Positions 39,462-52,495 of a stretch of DNA of 64,000 nucleotides are shown here, piece by piece. Location: positions 16,182,001 to 16,246,000 of the forward strand of contig NC_043003.1 in NCBI RefSeq assembly GCF_006345805.1. Direction: 5' to 3'. Source of the stretch: Octopus sinensis (Eukaryota). Made by a program: the position numbers and the translations under genes. The notes beneath the pieces were generated by a model. That model had not been told where the DNA came from and ran no database searches. It was given only the letters and a program-made list of their open reading frames with translations. Within the stretch, counting starts at the first letter, position 1. The number at the start of each line of letters is the position of its first letter.

Positions 39462-40210
39462 TCTATAATTATGAGCATAATTATAATTAGGGTTCAGCAA
39501 AATTCGCTTCACCACATAACCGGAATTTAGAAATAACAGTTAAACTACTATTTTACTACCATAAGATATCTCCCAGATAGCAAATACTCAACAACCCACG
39601 CAGGTAAAGAGAAAAAAAAATAACGAATCCACCCGGCTTTGATTAACTGTATACGCGTTTCGGAGTTAGAGAGATGGGAAAAAATGTAAAATCATATTTC
39701 CACTCTATCATTCTCCTCTTCAGTACAGTAATTCAAGATTTTAAATTTTAAAGCACTGATAATTAACATACGTATTTGACCAAGCGACATCAAACAGCAT
39801 ATATCCAAAGACCAGTATTTCAAAATTCAAACAGACGAATGAGATCTCGCATTCCTCCTCACTCACCCACGTGTGCCAGCGAGTAAAATTCCGCAGAAAC
39901 TGCAGTTTACTATCAGGGAGAGAATTATATTATCAATAATAATAAAGGGTAAAATTAATTAATTAATTAATAATTTTACCAAGTAGTTCGGTATGTTAAA
40001 AGAACCATTATCGGTAAACTTATACAAAAAGTCTATAATTACGAGTATAATTATAATTAGGGTTCAGCAAAATTTGCTTCACCACATACCGAAGTTGAGA
40101 AATAGCAGTTAAACTACTATTTTACTACCATTCGTCTGTTTGAATTCGGAAGTACTGGTCTTTGGATATTTGCTGTTTGATGACGCTTGGTCAAATACGT
40201 ATGTTAATTA
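39462..40210 (-). mobile_element. Penelope-pLTR/retrozyme-like element: 100-bp direct repeats (570-bp period) plus inverted segment
   Basis: Repeats 39462-39562 and 40032-40131. 40129-40210 is an inverted copy of 39760-39841. Nested in SINE-A 39145-40450. Confidence 0.8.
39646..39729 (-). ncRNA. Type I hammerhead ribozyme, canonical core
   Basis: Minus strand actgta-CTGAAGA-ggag..(long loop)..ctcc-GAAA-cgc-GTA-tacagt. 6-bp helix I, palindromic ACGCGT helix III. Confidence 0.85.
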
Positions 40211-41154
40211 TGTGGTTTAGTGGTGAATAGACGCGCTCTTGTCTACATTGCTAGCGAGAGGCAGTCGCTGCCATCGACGTTGATGTGTGTGTATGTGTGT
40301 AGACTAGCAGATCGGCAAAAGTGACCAATAGAACAAGCACCTGACTTTAAAACAAGTACTGGGGTGATTTGGTCGACGAAAACCCTGCAAAGCGGTATAC
40401 CAACATGACTTCAATCCAATGACTGAAATAAAAGATTAAAAAATAAAAGATAAAGAGCTTTATCCACAAAAAAGAAAACAAAACACCAACATCTCCCGGA
40501 TGAAGAGATAAAAACTTGTATGCATAAGCAACGGATCATAAAGTTGCTGAAAAATTGTTCCTAGTAATAAAATGCTCGGAAAAGTATTTAAAACGTGAGT
40601 AATATTATCTTTAAAATTCTTGTATATGGAAGTGTACAAAAAGTTTCTTTCAATGTTGAAATTAAAAGTTGTATATAAATAACTCGTATTACAACTGGGA
40701 TAGCAGGATTAAGTACGTATGTTTTTTTTTTGTTTACAAAAGAAGTATAGAGATTCCATGCGGTACAGATGTTAAAAATCGACTTTCTGTTCTTTTTTGA
40801 AGCAATGGCAGTATATTCTGAAATGCACAATGAAATAAAAAAAAAAGAAAATTCATGAAATCTATATTCTCACCAGATCCATGTCTTGATATGGGCATGT
40901 TACAGGCACAAACTTGGAAGAAAATTTAAATTTACATATTTTGATAAACTTTAGGAAACATGGAGACATGAATACGACAACATCGAAATTTTTTTGGTGC
41001 AGAGTCATTCCTGTTGATGCAAAAACCAATCTGGATCAACGAAAGGAAGCAAAAGTATATCTTCATCTTAAGTTCTTATGTTTTTATGGATCCTTAATAC
41101 TTGATAAAATAGTTGATTTTTTTTAAAGCGGGTGATTTTATATATAAAATATAT

Positions 41155-41377
41155 ACTCTTTTACTCTCTTTATTCTTTTACTTGTTTCAGTCATTTGACT
41201 GTGGCCATGCTGGAGCACCGCATCTAGTCGAGCAAATCGACCCCAGGACTTATTCTTTGTAAGCCTAGTACTTGTTCTATCGGTCTCTTTTGCCGATCGG
41301 CTAAGTAAACGCACAAGCATCGGTTGTCAAGCGATATGGGGGGGGACAAACACAGACACACAAACATATGCACATAC

Positions 41378-41441
<64 letters not shown>

Positions 41442-42104
41442 TGCTTTGAGTGTGAGTGTATCTGTTGTGGTTTCTTGATGTTGGTTGAGGAGCTGTGGAG
41501 TTCAATATGGAACATTGTTGTGTTTGTTGATGTATATTGAGCTATATTGTTTATATTGTATTATTGTGTATATATATGTAAGAATATGAGTGTGTATGCA
41601 CACATATTTATATTTATATGTAAATTATTTAGGATTTGTACTTACTTGCATTAAAATCTCTGAAGAGGCCGTGAGATATTCTTGTTAATGTCTCATTTAT
41701 ACCTGCTTTATATGGCTAATAGGTTAAATGAGACATACCTGTTATCACGGCCGAAACAGCTGTCAGCTACAATGTAAATGTATTTCTATGTCTTGTTATA
41801 TTTGTACTATATTAATGTATAATATCATTGCTATTATGTAGGGGTTTAATAAAGTATTGATTGGGTATTATCTGAGAGTTGATGATTGATTTAGATATAT
41901 TTCTCAATTTTCTCATTTTGTATATATATATATATATACACGACGGGCTTCTTTCAGTTTCCGTCTACCAAATCCACTCAGAAAGCTTGGGTCGGCCCAA
42001 CGCTATAGTAGAAGTCACTTACCCAAGGTGCCACGCAGTGGGACTGAAACCAGAACCATGTGGTTGGTTAGTAAGCTGCTTACTACACAACCACTCCTGC
42101 GCCT
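41155..42104 (-). mobile_element. SINE-A split by a nested about 480-bp hammerhead element (41439-41920)
   Basis: SINE tail 41155-41365 and head 41938-42104 flank TA-bounded non-SINE sequence. Confidence 0.85.
41655..41769 (+). ncRNA. Hammerhead with extended helix II
   Basis: CTGAAGA-ggccgtga..atgtctcattta..taaatgagacat..tcacggcc-GAAA-cagct-GTC-ag. Helix I is weak (aatct/agcta). Confidence 0.7.
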
Positions 42105-42341
42105 AAACATAGTTTATGAGAATGAGATATTCTCCTTATAGAATATACTTAGTAGTGCTCAAGAGGTTTAAACTTGAGCAGGTAGAGAAGTAAAGGTAAG
42201 GATAAGCAAGTTAGGTAAGTCGATATACAAAGAATATTAAATGCATTTAATTTAAAAAGGTATATATGTTTATATAGAAAAAGGTCACGCAGAGAATAGA
42301 TATGGTATCAACAACGAAAGGGGTTACTGAACCCCTATAAA

Positions 42342-43068
42342 ATGGCTACTCCTCATGAAAAGGCACAATGTGTATCCTGGTTTATTGAGACAAAATCGGA
42401 TGTTCAGACAATGTGAGAATCTGGGGATCAGAACATCCCCATGTGTCTGGGGAGCTTCAACGGGATAGTCCAAAAGTGAATGTGTGGTGTGGAATCATGT
42501 GCAATCGAATAATTGGTCCATTTTTTTTCAACGAGGCAACAATTACTGCAGACGTTTACCTCGACCTTCTGACCGAATATGTGGTACCACAACTGATTGA
42601 TTTACGACCAACCATCATTTTCCAGCAAGATGGTGCACCACCACATTGGGGACGGCATGTTCGTCAGTTCCTCAATCAAACATTTCCAGACCGATGGATT
42701 GGAAGGGATGGGTCAATTCCATGGCCAACGCGTTCGCCAGATATCTCTCCCTTGGACATCTTTTTATGGGGTTATGTAAAAGATACCGTGTATCAAACAA
42801 AGATACGAGACAATGCTGACTTGAAGCAAAGGATTCGTAATGCCATTGCTACCGTTGATGAGGCTATCCTACAGCGAACATGGCAAGAAATCGAGTACCG
42901 TCTTGATGTGCTTCGCGCAACTAATGGTCCCCATATTGAGGTCTATTAAATAACAGTTAGAAAAAACTTTAATAAACAATTATTACAATAAAACAAATCT
43001 GGTTAAGCTATCTCGTCAACTGCCTTTGTAATAAAATTTTAAAATTGTAGAGAGACTTTATGGACACC

Positions 43069-43071
<3 letters not shown>
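42342..43071 (+). mobile_element. Tc1/mariner DD41D (rosa-type) relic, internally deleted, 3' TIR intact
   Basis: MATPHEKAQCVSWFIETKS start at 42342 joined to ORF 42413-42949 with FQQDGAPPH..WPTRSPDISPLD (41 residues between D2 and D3). Ends GGACACCCTG|TA. Confidence 0.88.
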
Positions 43072-43101
<30 letters not shown>

Positions 43102-43111
<10 letters not shown>

Positions 43112-43445
43112 TATTAGAGACAAAACCACTATTTTGCAAAACAAACAAGGAAAGACTTAATCAATACATAAAATTTTAATAAATAGTCAAAAAAACCGCC
43201 ACTAAATTTGAAACTGACTTATTGGAAGTCCACCTGAAGATTGTCGATCAAGACAAGAAACAATTGTAGTGGCGGTTTTTTTGACTATTTATTAAAATTT
43301 TATGTATTGATTAAGTCTTTCCTTGTTTGTTTTGCAAAATAGTGGTTTTGTCTCTAATAATATTTTATAATATTTTACTATAAAATTGGATTTAATCCTA
43401 AATCTGATTTTTTTCCCCTGTAAATTTGGATTTATTCCCTAATAT
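43102..43445 (+). mobile_element. Family-H fold-back element with perfect about 103-bp inverted arms enclosing a hammerhead
   Basis: Arms 43102-43204 / 43267-43369, inserted in (TA)n. Confidence 0.88.
43230..43272 (+). ncRNA. Minimal type I hammerhead ribozyme
   Basis: ccac-CTGAAGA-ttgtc-gatcaa-gacaa-GAAA-caatt-GTA-gtgg. Helices I and II are fully paired and helix III is the palindrome ACAATTGT. Cleavage after 43268. Confidence 0.85.
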
Positions 43446-43576
43446 TTATTATTTTATATATATATATATATACTTTTTTTATTTAATGTATTTAATATTC
43501 TTTTGTATATCGATGTGCCTAATTTGCATATCCTTACATTCACATCTACACACACACACACACACACACACATATA

Positions 43577-43940
43577 TCTCTCTCTATATAAACGGCAGTT
43601 TGTCTGTGCGTGTTTCTGTGTGTCTGTTTGCTTGTACCCTCACCCTGACCACGGCTTTCAACCGATTCTGATGAAACTTGACACACACATAGCCCAATGT
43701 CATAATTCAAAACTAACGCAGCGAAAATTTTGAAAAGTTCCCCCAGTTCTGAAAAAAATCGATAAATTCGACATGGGGTCGAGAATGAGAAACACAAACC
43801 ACAAACTGTCTAGGGGACGCAACTCCACCTTTTTTAAATCTCAAAAAAAATTTACCATAATTTTTTTGGCTATAACTCTCTAAAAATGCTTTATAGTTAT
43901 TTCCCTTACAAACCTGAGCAACGCCGGGCGATACTGCTAG
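43577..43940 (+). mobile_element. Non-autonomous Helitron
   Basis: A|TC start, GTCTGT-type repeats and CCGATT..TGAAA near the 5' end, subterminal hairpin CCTGAGCAACGCCGGG, CTAG|T end, no TSD. Confidence 0.8.
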
Positions 43941-43944
43941 TTAT

Positions 43945-44100
43945 ATATAAAATAGTGTACATTTAAACACAAGAGAAAACTCTTTTGTGTTTAAATATAA
44001 GCTATTTTATATTGAGAATATGTTGTCTATTGACTTTTTATACATGCTAGGCCACCGGTAGTGAAATTTCTAAAAATATTCGCCATCCTATATATTTTAC
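43945..44100 (+). repeat. Fragment of the 24350 family with terminal inversion
   Basis: TAAAATAG..TTTAAACACAAGAG-aaaa-CTCTTTTGTGTTTAAA..CTATTTTA hairpin, then GCTAGGCCAC.GGTAGT.AAATTTCTAAAA as at 24470. Confidence 0.7.
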
Positions 44101-44280
44101 TATTGTGGGTTCGAGGTCGTTGTGAATACTTGGTAGGGAAGAAGAAGAAGAAGAAGAAGAAGAATGTGGGAGTGCCATGACAGTAGTATGTAAATGGTCA
44201 TTGCCCGCTGTGGATGGTAGTAGTAATTGTTGAATTCCTGAAACATCTCTTTTGAATATTTTGTTCATAAAATTTACGTA

Positions 44281-44345
<65 letters not shown>

Positions 44346-44421
44346 TCTACACATATATAGGTATATATATATATATATTATACTATGTATGTATATATGT
44401 TATATATATATATATGTCTAG

Positions 44422-44455
<34 letters not shown>

Positions 44456-46401
44456 AGAGCACATATTACTCATATACGTACATATACTCGTATATATATT
44501 TACATGCACATATATAGTTGTATCATTTTTAATTTTTTTTCTATAAACTCCACAACGCTATTTGGACTGCAACAAATTTAAAAGATATCGTCACATATTA
44601 TCCGATTCTCGCCGCTCCTCTCTTCTCCTTAAATTCTCCTCGCCATCTCTCCTTCCTGTATTCTCTTTTGTTCCGCTTATTGCTCTCCCTTTTTAATTTT
44701 TTTTCGCTCTTTTTCTTTAAGAGCTTATTTTACCAGTTCTGTCTTCCATATTTCTCTCATCCAAAACATTTATCGATTGGTGTTTAGTCTCAATGAATGA
44801 CATAAGTTTGTAGGATTAATACTTCTTTTGATGTGCAAACGGTTTATAACTGGTGGAAATAATTATGAGAAACAATTCCGGAAGAAGGCAGCAAAACGGA
44901 AGCAAATGGTTACTTGGTGCATTGTTTACGCACGAGTATCATTAAAAGGAGTTTCATAATTACTGAAGAACACGAAATATTTTGAATTAAGTTGAATTTA
45001 ATAGAATTTGATTTAGCAAAGCCTGAGCATAATACGAGCGTTTACTGCACAGCGTTGGATAAAAATATTAAAGCATTTTCATAGTCTTTCGTTATAAATA
45101 TTATATTATCTTTGAAGTTAAATACAATACCGCACGAATGAAAATTAGTTACATAGATATGGATAAAATTTTAAATAGTATGGCTCAAACGTGGCTATGT
45201 GGTGGAGTAGCTTGTTTCCCAACCATTTGGTCTTGAGTTCGGTCACATTGTGCAGCACCTTGAGCAAGTGTCTTCTACAATAGCACCGAGCCAACCAAAG
45301 TCTTGTGAGTGGATCTGGCAGATGGAAACTGAAAGAAGCTCGTCGTATGTATGTATGTATGTATGTATGTTATGTATGTATGTATGTATGTCATTATTCA
45401 GTTTATTTCAAGATTTCTTGCCAACAGAGAAAGAACCGGTTTCTAACCTAGATCCAAGGCTCCTTCAGTGGAATTTCAACATCAACTACAGGGTGTTTTT
45501 GTTTGTATATATGTGTTCAGATTTGTATGTGGAGCTTTTAGGTGTTTTCGCTCAATAAACACACACAACTCCCGGTCTGGGAATCGAAACCGCGATCCTC
45601 CGACCGCGAGTCCGCTGCCTTAAACACTGGGCCATTACACCTCCACGAGTATACGTTTAGTATGCGCTTTATTTGAAACACGCTGGAATGCTGAATATAA
45701 AATATCAAGATTTTTCAATTACCGTTGAAAATACTTTTGATCAGTTTTCTATATCGGTCAATACAGGTTCATGTAAACACATCGAAACACTTATTAATTG
45801 TAGTCTGCTTCTAGTCTAGCAACATCTCTTGTTTGTCTGGCTATTATTTCAACCTGTTCGATCCAATTAAATTCTTAAACTTAAGCTCTCCAAGTTATTA
45901 AGCACAGATTAATAAAAGTGTGCAATCATATCCAGGAGCTCTTAAATGTGTCGTATGGCCTCAGGAAAAAGACAGGAAATCAATTAAAGAAAATGCTGCC
46001 GGAAGTTCAATAATTGATCAAATATAAAAAACTGGAATTTATTTAACACTTCTCAGACAATATGGGCAGCAGAAATTCCGCTCCCATGTTGATTGCTTTT
46101 AGTTTTTGTTATGAAAGGATTTCGATCACCCATCAAGTGACTAAAGGTGGACTAACTCATTGTTATAAAACAAAGAACTGTGAGCGATTGGCAGTTCGTG
46201 TTGGTAGCAGTTCAATGTGAGCCTTTGATATAGAACGTTGAGTCTCGTGTAATAGTAATAGTAGTGCGTCCTGTATATACCCCCCTGCTTCGTTATATTA
46301 TATATCCAATACAAAGATATAAAAGTTTTGTGAAAGAATATATTTTTAGACCGGTTTATATGCTACATTTGTATTCCATCATGTACATATGCTATATGTT
46401 T

Positions 46402-46698
46402 GTTCCTTCTCGAGCCACGCCTGGATCATTAGGGCCGGTTTCCCGGTTTCCTTGGCGTATAGGTTCCCCACCTGGACGGGACGCCGGTCCGTCGCAGATG
46501 AGCTGCAAGATGCAGGAGGAAAGAGTGAGAGAAAGTTGTGGCGAAAGAGTCAGCAGAAGTTCGCCATTACCTTCTGCTAGAGCCGCGTGGATATAGGTGT
46601 TTCGCTCATAAATACACACATCGCCCGGTCTGAGATTCAAACCCGCAATCCCTCGACCGCGAGTCCGCTGCTCTAACCACTAGGCCATGTGCCTCCAC
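46402..46698 (-). mobile_element. SINE family C (Nin-like tail) with TSD
   Basis: Minus strand GGAGGCACATGGCCTAGTGGTTAGAGC head and CTGCGACGGACCGGCGTCCCGTCCAG. ACATATGCT on both flanks. Confidence 0.85.
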
Positions 46699-46904
46699 AT
46701 ATGCTGTACATGAAGTCCATTATTGAAAAGCCGATTTGTTGCGCTAAATGAGCAAAATTCTCTTCTTATGCTATAAATGAAGAAACTTATCTATCTACAT
46801 ATCAGATCAAGCGATTTGCCTAGACCAATGCAACTCACCTACGCCAGACATCCCAATCTTTCATATCCTCCACTTAACAGGTTGAAGATATGAAAACTGC
46901 TCTT

Positions 46905-47138
46905 TTTATTTTTTTACTGTCCACAAGGGGCCTCACACGGAGAGAACAAACAAGGACAGACAAACGGATTAAGTCGATTGTATCGACCTCAGTGCGTAAT
47001 TGGTACTTAATTTATCGACCCCGATAGGATGAAAGGCAAAGTCGACCTCGGCGGAATTTGAACTCAGAACGTAACGGCAGACGAAATACGGCTACGCATT
47101 TCGCCCGGCGTGCTAATGGTTCTGCCAACTCACCACCT
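46905..47138 (-). mobile_element. SINE family B monomer with 14-bp TSD
   Basis: TGAAAACTGCTCTT at 46891 and 47139. Confidence 0.88.
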
Positions 47139-48100
47139 TGAAAACTGCTCTTCTTGGCCTGCCGATACCTATATATACATGCATGGGTACATAATATATA
47201 TATATTTTATACGGAAGCATCGAGCGAATCTCGTGTGGTGAGTAGCTTAATCAGCGTAGAAATAACAGTTAAAATCTCCCTCAAAGTAACACCGAACCGT
47301 ATTTAAAGCGGAAGAAGTTGCATTGTCTTATGTCTGATATTAAGATAGATGGTCATGATCGGAATATCTTTGGTCACAAACCTACTCAATCACGTGTGAT
47401 CTGAAATCAATTGCAACAACAACAAAACTGCAAAAACATTTCTCATACAACCAAACAAAGAATATATCGCTGCTTCAAAACAAAATTCCCCCGGGTAAAA
47501 TTCTTACAGCTATTGACATTATCAAAGCCTTATATTCCATCGTTCGCTCACGATTTTAACACAAAATACTCAAAACCGCTTCAGGAAACAAGGCAAAATG
47601 TTCGCTACTAAAGTACTTCCGTTCACCAAATCCACTCACAAAACATTGGTCGACCCGGCGCTATAGTGTAAAGTACTTACCAAAGTGGGATTGAACCTGA
47701 AATCATGAATGTAGGAAGCAAGCATCTTACCACATATCCACACTGGTTGCAGACTTTTCCTTCAGAAAATTTAGAGCGCAGAGTGTTGGGTTACATTATA
47801 TATCATATTTTTAAAGCTAACATTTAAATAAAAATTAAAAGATAACTGAATTTAAAAGTGTATTCTGATTTATATCTTGATTATATAAATTTTTTTTCAA
47901 ATGATCATCATATGTAATAAATCTTCTTAAAAACAAAAATTCTGGCTTCTTCGATAAGCACTTGAATCAACAACGCCTAAAATATTACATTCTTAGGAAA
48001 ACACTTTTAAAGCAAATGTACATAAATACATTAGCATATGTGCATGTATGTTCATACACACGTATATATGTATATACACATATATGTAAATATGTTTGAG

Positions 48101-48137
<37 letters not shown>

Positions 48138-48152
48138 GTAGACGTCTATCTG

Positions 48153-48206
<54 letters not shown>

Positions 48207-48975
48207 ATATATAGTGGGAAAGTACAACACAAAGACGAGGTGAAACATCAACACAGACTTGGTATTAGTTTGATGTTCAGGAAATGTTGGTTGGTGGTAA
48301 GATGGAAATGCTATTAATATTTCGAGCAGATGCTCTTCTTCTGAAAGACAAGACGTAAATAGAGATAAAAAGAACACACACCTAAGGTAAAAGAAAAACT
48401 CCTTAAATCTAATAAAGTAAATATTTAATGCGTGGGATTATAGCTCACGTTTGGACAGCCTGCTACTCAGAGTTTCACAAATATGGACTTGAACATTCTT
48501 TAGACGGTGCTGATCGATGGAATAGCTTCTGTGACCAGTTGGAAGAGCAAAATGGCTTCTTAGGTAGTGCTGTTTAAAAAATATCAGAAAATAGAAGATG
48601 AAACTCTGAGTAATATACTCTAGGGAGACGGAAATATAACTCTACACGGGCACGCTCACATATACACACACAGAGATACACAAACACATACGCACACACT
48701 AATAATGCATATATATATATATATACACACAGACATGCATATAAGTATGGATATGCATTACATATATATACATAAATATGTATATATATATATATATTAT
48801 AGATGCATGCATGCATATATACATACATACACACATAAATACATGCATACATTCATATGTATGCATATATGCATATATGTATTTAACTATATATCTATAT
48901 ATATATATGTATGTATGTATGCATGTATGTATGTATTCTAGTATAGAGAAATATGTACTATACATTTATGTGTAT

Positions 48976-49067
<92 letters not shown>

Positions 49068-50050
49068 GTATATATTTACATACACTAATGTATGAATGAA
49101 TCGTTAGTTACATATATACATTGGGTATACAAATAACACGCACCCATACACACATACAGACGCACATATATGCGTACGTACATACATGTATACATACATC
49201 CATACATGCATTCTTATGTGTGCTTGTTTAAGTAATCCTGTGTGCGTATGTTTGACTAAGTTATGTTTGTTATCGTAATCACTAAATAGGTTTCGTTTCC
49301 TTAAGACATCAATAAAAGTATATTTGCTTATCTCTCTCTCTGTCTCTCTATCGTTCGCTCTCTCTGTGCTGGTGAGATAGAGCGTGTGTGTGTGTATGTG
49401 TGTGTGTGTCCATGTTTGTGGATTTGAATACGTGTTTGTGTTTGTTCTTGTGCTGCTATCAACTTTGTCTCCTATGTCCGTCGTGGGCGAGCAAGATGGC
49501 GAGAAATCGAAAAAGTACATAAATTTGAAGTAACACCAAATCATAAATTGCAGGCGAAGCTCATTGCCTGAGTCCATACTGTATCATTACACCAGATTTT
49601 GATTCATTGGTTCGTTTCTTCAGACGCATATTTCAACGCATTCTTGAATTAATTAATTAACTACACTTCTTGCGGTGGCGAATGTAAAAATAATAAATTC
49701 TGGTATTTCCTAATATCACTCGTAAATATTTATCTGGTTGTTATAAATCTGAAGTTAAAAGCAACTGCTGAGTCATAAATTATCTTTTTCAAATGCATTG
49801 CTATTTAGTAGCGTAGGTAAGGAAAATTTATAGTTATAAGTATACAGATATATGTGTGTGAGTGTATATTTGTAGGTCTCTCAACGTGCGCCCGTGTATT
49901 CCAGTTTTAATGTATGCGGGCGCCCCTGTAATGTATGTGGACGCTCCTGTGTTAATGTATGCAGATGTTTTTTCGTGTGTGCGCGAGAGAGCTTTCCTCA
50001 GTCTGTCTCTTTGCATGGATTTATGTGTTTCTGTAGTTGGATGAATATAT

Positions 50051-50218
50051 GTTAGTTAGTTAGTTAGGCTCAAAAGCAAATAACAAGGCCATGTAGGGGG
50101 ACATGGAGTTAAGTACAGAGTGGTGTTCATGTAAAGAGTTCAGGCCACTTGAGGTCCAGGGAGGCTTTGAACAAAGCGGTCGTCGGCATCTTCACCATCT
50201 CGTCTGGCAGCTTGTTCC
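50051..50218 (-). mobile_element. CR1/L2 LINE 3' end
   Basis: Near-identical to 2001-2171, including the (TAAC)n tail. Confidence 0.88.
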
Positions 50219-50368
50219 GAGGCTATAGTAGAAGACACTTGCCCAAGGTGCCACGCAGTGGGACTGGACTCGGAACCATGTGGTTGGTAAGCAAGCTACT
50301 TACCACACAGCTACTCCTGCGCCTATGAACTGTAAGTATATGTAAAATATTCCCAATATATATAACAA

Positions 50369-50744
50369 TCAAAAGGGTCGAGCTGACAGAATCGTTAGCC
50401 CGCCGGGCGAAATGCTTAGCGGTATTTCGTCCGCCGCTACGTTCTGAGTTCAAATTCCGCCGAGGTCGACTTTGCCTTTCATCCTTTCGGGTTCGATTAA
50501 ATAAGTACCAGTTACACACTGGGGTCGATATAACCGACTTAATCCGTTTGTCTGTCCTTGTTTGTCATCTCTGTGTTTAGCCCCTTGTGGGTAGTAAAGA
50601 AATAGTCATTTCGTCTGCCGCTACGTTCTGAGTTCAAATTCCGCCATGGTCGACTTTGCCTTTCATCCTTTCGGAGTCGATAAAATAAGTATCACTTGAG
50701 TACCTCCTCCCCGAAATTGTTGGCTTTGTGCTAAAATTTGAAAT
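50369..50744 (+). mobile_element. SINE-B chimeric dimer with 15-bp TSD
   Basis: TSD CAATATATATAACAA at 50354 and 50745, with an internal junction near 50605. Confidence 0.85.
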
Positions 50745-51144
50745 CAATATATATAACAACCAAGCTGTAAACTTTCTCTAACCAAAACCTAAATTTTTTT
50801 ATTTTATGATAAAATGAAAAACGGGTAAATATATATTCCAAACCCGGTATTTTAGGAGTTAACTGAAGTGACATGGTCAAACCATGATCTAGTCTCCAAT
50901 GACACTTTTCTTGTCGAGGGAATAACAATTTTTGATTTGATATTACTTCGATGCCTAGAGGGTCATTTCAGAGAAATTCATTTTGTTGCAAGCTCGCCAC
51001 AGAGATTTGTAATTAACGCAAACTCAAGGTGTACTACACAATTTACACTTGTTTAAATTCTTTCAAAACAACACTAAATCTGCTGCAATATTCTCCTTCC
51101 GTTTCTCTTAATATCTGTGAACTCCAATCTTTCTTACATATCAA

Positions 51145-51709
51145 TTGGGTTGTCCGGAAAGTTCATGCCGATTTATAGTAGCTTACATTTCGACTTATTT
51201 TAGAACATGGTTGAGTTCATAAAATAGGATTTGACTACACCTCCATTTAGAGCACAGTCTAAGCTATCTTTTCGTGGAAGAAGGTTCATGTTCCTATAAC
51301 CTGTGTTAATTCTGTAAGCCTTTAAAATGGAAGATATGAAAGCTCATTTTCGGCATTTGATGCTTTGGGAACTAGACAAAAATTGCTGCAGCTCGGTTGG
51401 GATGTGTTACCCCACCCTCCATATTCACCAGATATTGCTCCTTCGGATTTCCACTTATTCAGGTCTCTGCAGAATAGTCTTAATGGTAAAAATTTCAATT
51501 CCTTGGATGACGTAAAAAGATACCTTGATGAATTCTTTGCCATGAATCCACCTCAATTCTGGGAAGAAGGTATTTTCAAGTTAAAGGTAAGATGGAGACG
51601 CATTGTGCAACAAAATGGTTCATATTTGATTGATTAAAAATGTAATGGCAAGTATTTATTGACCTTTTTCTTTCCTTTAAAAATGGCACGAACTTTACGG
51701 ACAACCCAA
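51145..51709 (+). mobile_element. Internally deleted mariner (same family as 13765), retains catalytic C-terminus
   Basis: Both TIRs. MEDMKAHFRHLMLW is fused to TRQKLLQLGWDVLPHPPYSPDIAPSDFHLFRSLQN (mariner YSPDLAP motif). Confidence 0.93.
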
Positions 51710-52249
51710 TAACAACCTCACAAAACCATAACCACCAGTCGCAAACGACTATGATTTGGTGACGTGTACAATGCTTTCATTATTTGTTTTCGATACTTGT
51801 GTAGTCGTGTGTGGACAATGATACCCTCTCGTTTTCTTTTTCACTTCTAGATCAAGTAGAATATCCAAGATCTGATAGATGGAAGGATAGAGGGTTGCGT
51901 CAGCAACGGACTGGTTTTCGTTTTCTTTTGAGCAGACTGGTGTGACATAAATGAAAATGCCTACTCAAAGACACAATGCGCTGCCCGAACCTGAAATTGA
52001 AACCACAATCTTAAGATTGTGAGCACAAGATCCTAACCAAAACGTCATGCGTCTTCAAATATCACCACTTGCCGTCACAACCACAAATACTGTTCCGCTT
52101 TGATATGCAGATTTTTCACTTCTTATTTACTATTTCCGCTCTCCTCGTTACATCCTCTCAGTAAATTTCACTCTGAAAGGTGGTGATTGCGCATACATAG
52201 ATACAACCTTCTTCGACTCTTACCTATGTCAATTAAAAATCAGAAGTAA

Positions 52250-52495
52250 AGGCGGCTATCCTTGTTTGTCCCCTCTGTGTGTAGCCCCTTATGGGCAGTA
52301 AAAAAATAGGTATTTCGTCTGCCGCTACGTTCTGAGTTCAAATTCCGCCGAGGTCGACTTTGCATTTCATCCTTTCGGGGTCGATAAATTAAGTACTAGT
52401 TACGCACTGGGGTCGATATAATCGACTTAATCCGTTTGTCTGTCCTTGTTTGTCCCCCTCTGTGTTTAGCCCCTTGTGGGCAATAAAGGAAATAA
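52250..52495 (+). mobile_element. SINE-B partial multimer
   Basis: Partial tail, then the AATAG|GTATTTCGTC junction near 52309, then a full body. Confidence 0.8.

Noticed and set aside
42413-42949. Functional or domesticated transposase
   Set aside because: The DNA-binding domain and first catalytic Asp are deleted, and the 5' TIR is missing.
49490-49520. CAAGATGGCG YY1/start-codon motif as a gene start
   Set aside because: The frame closes after 8 codons, and similar motifs recur (e.g. about 55388) without promoter context.
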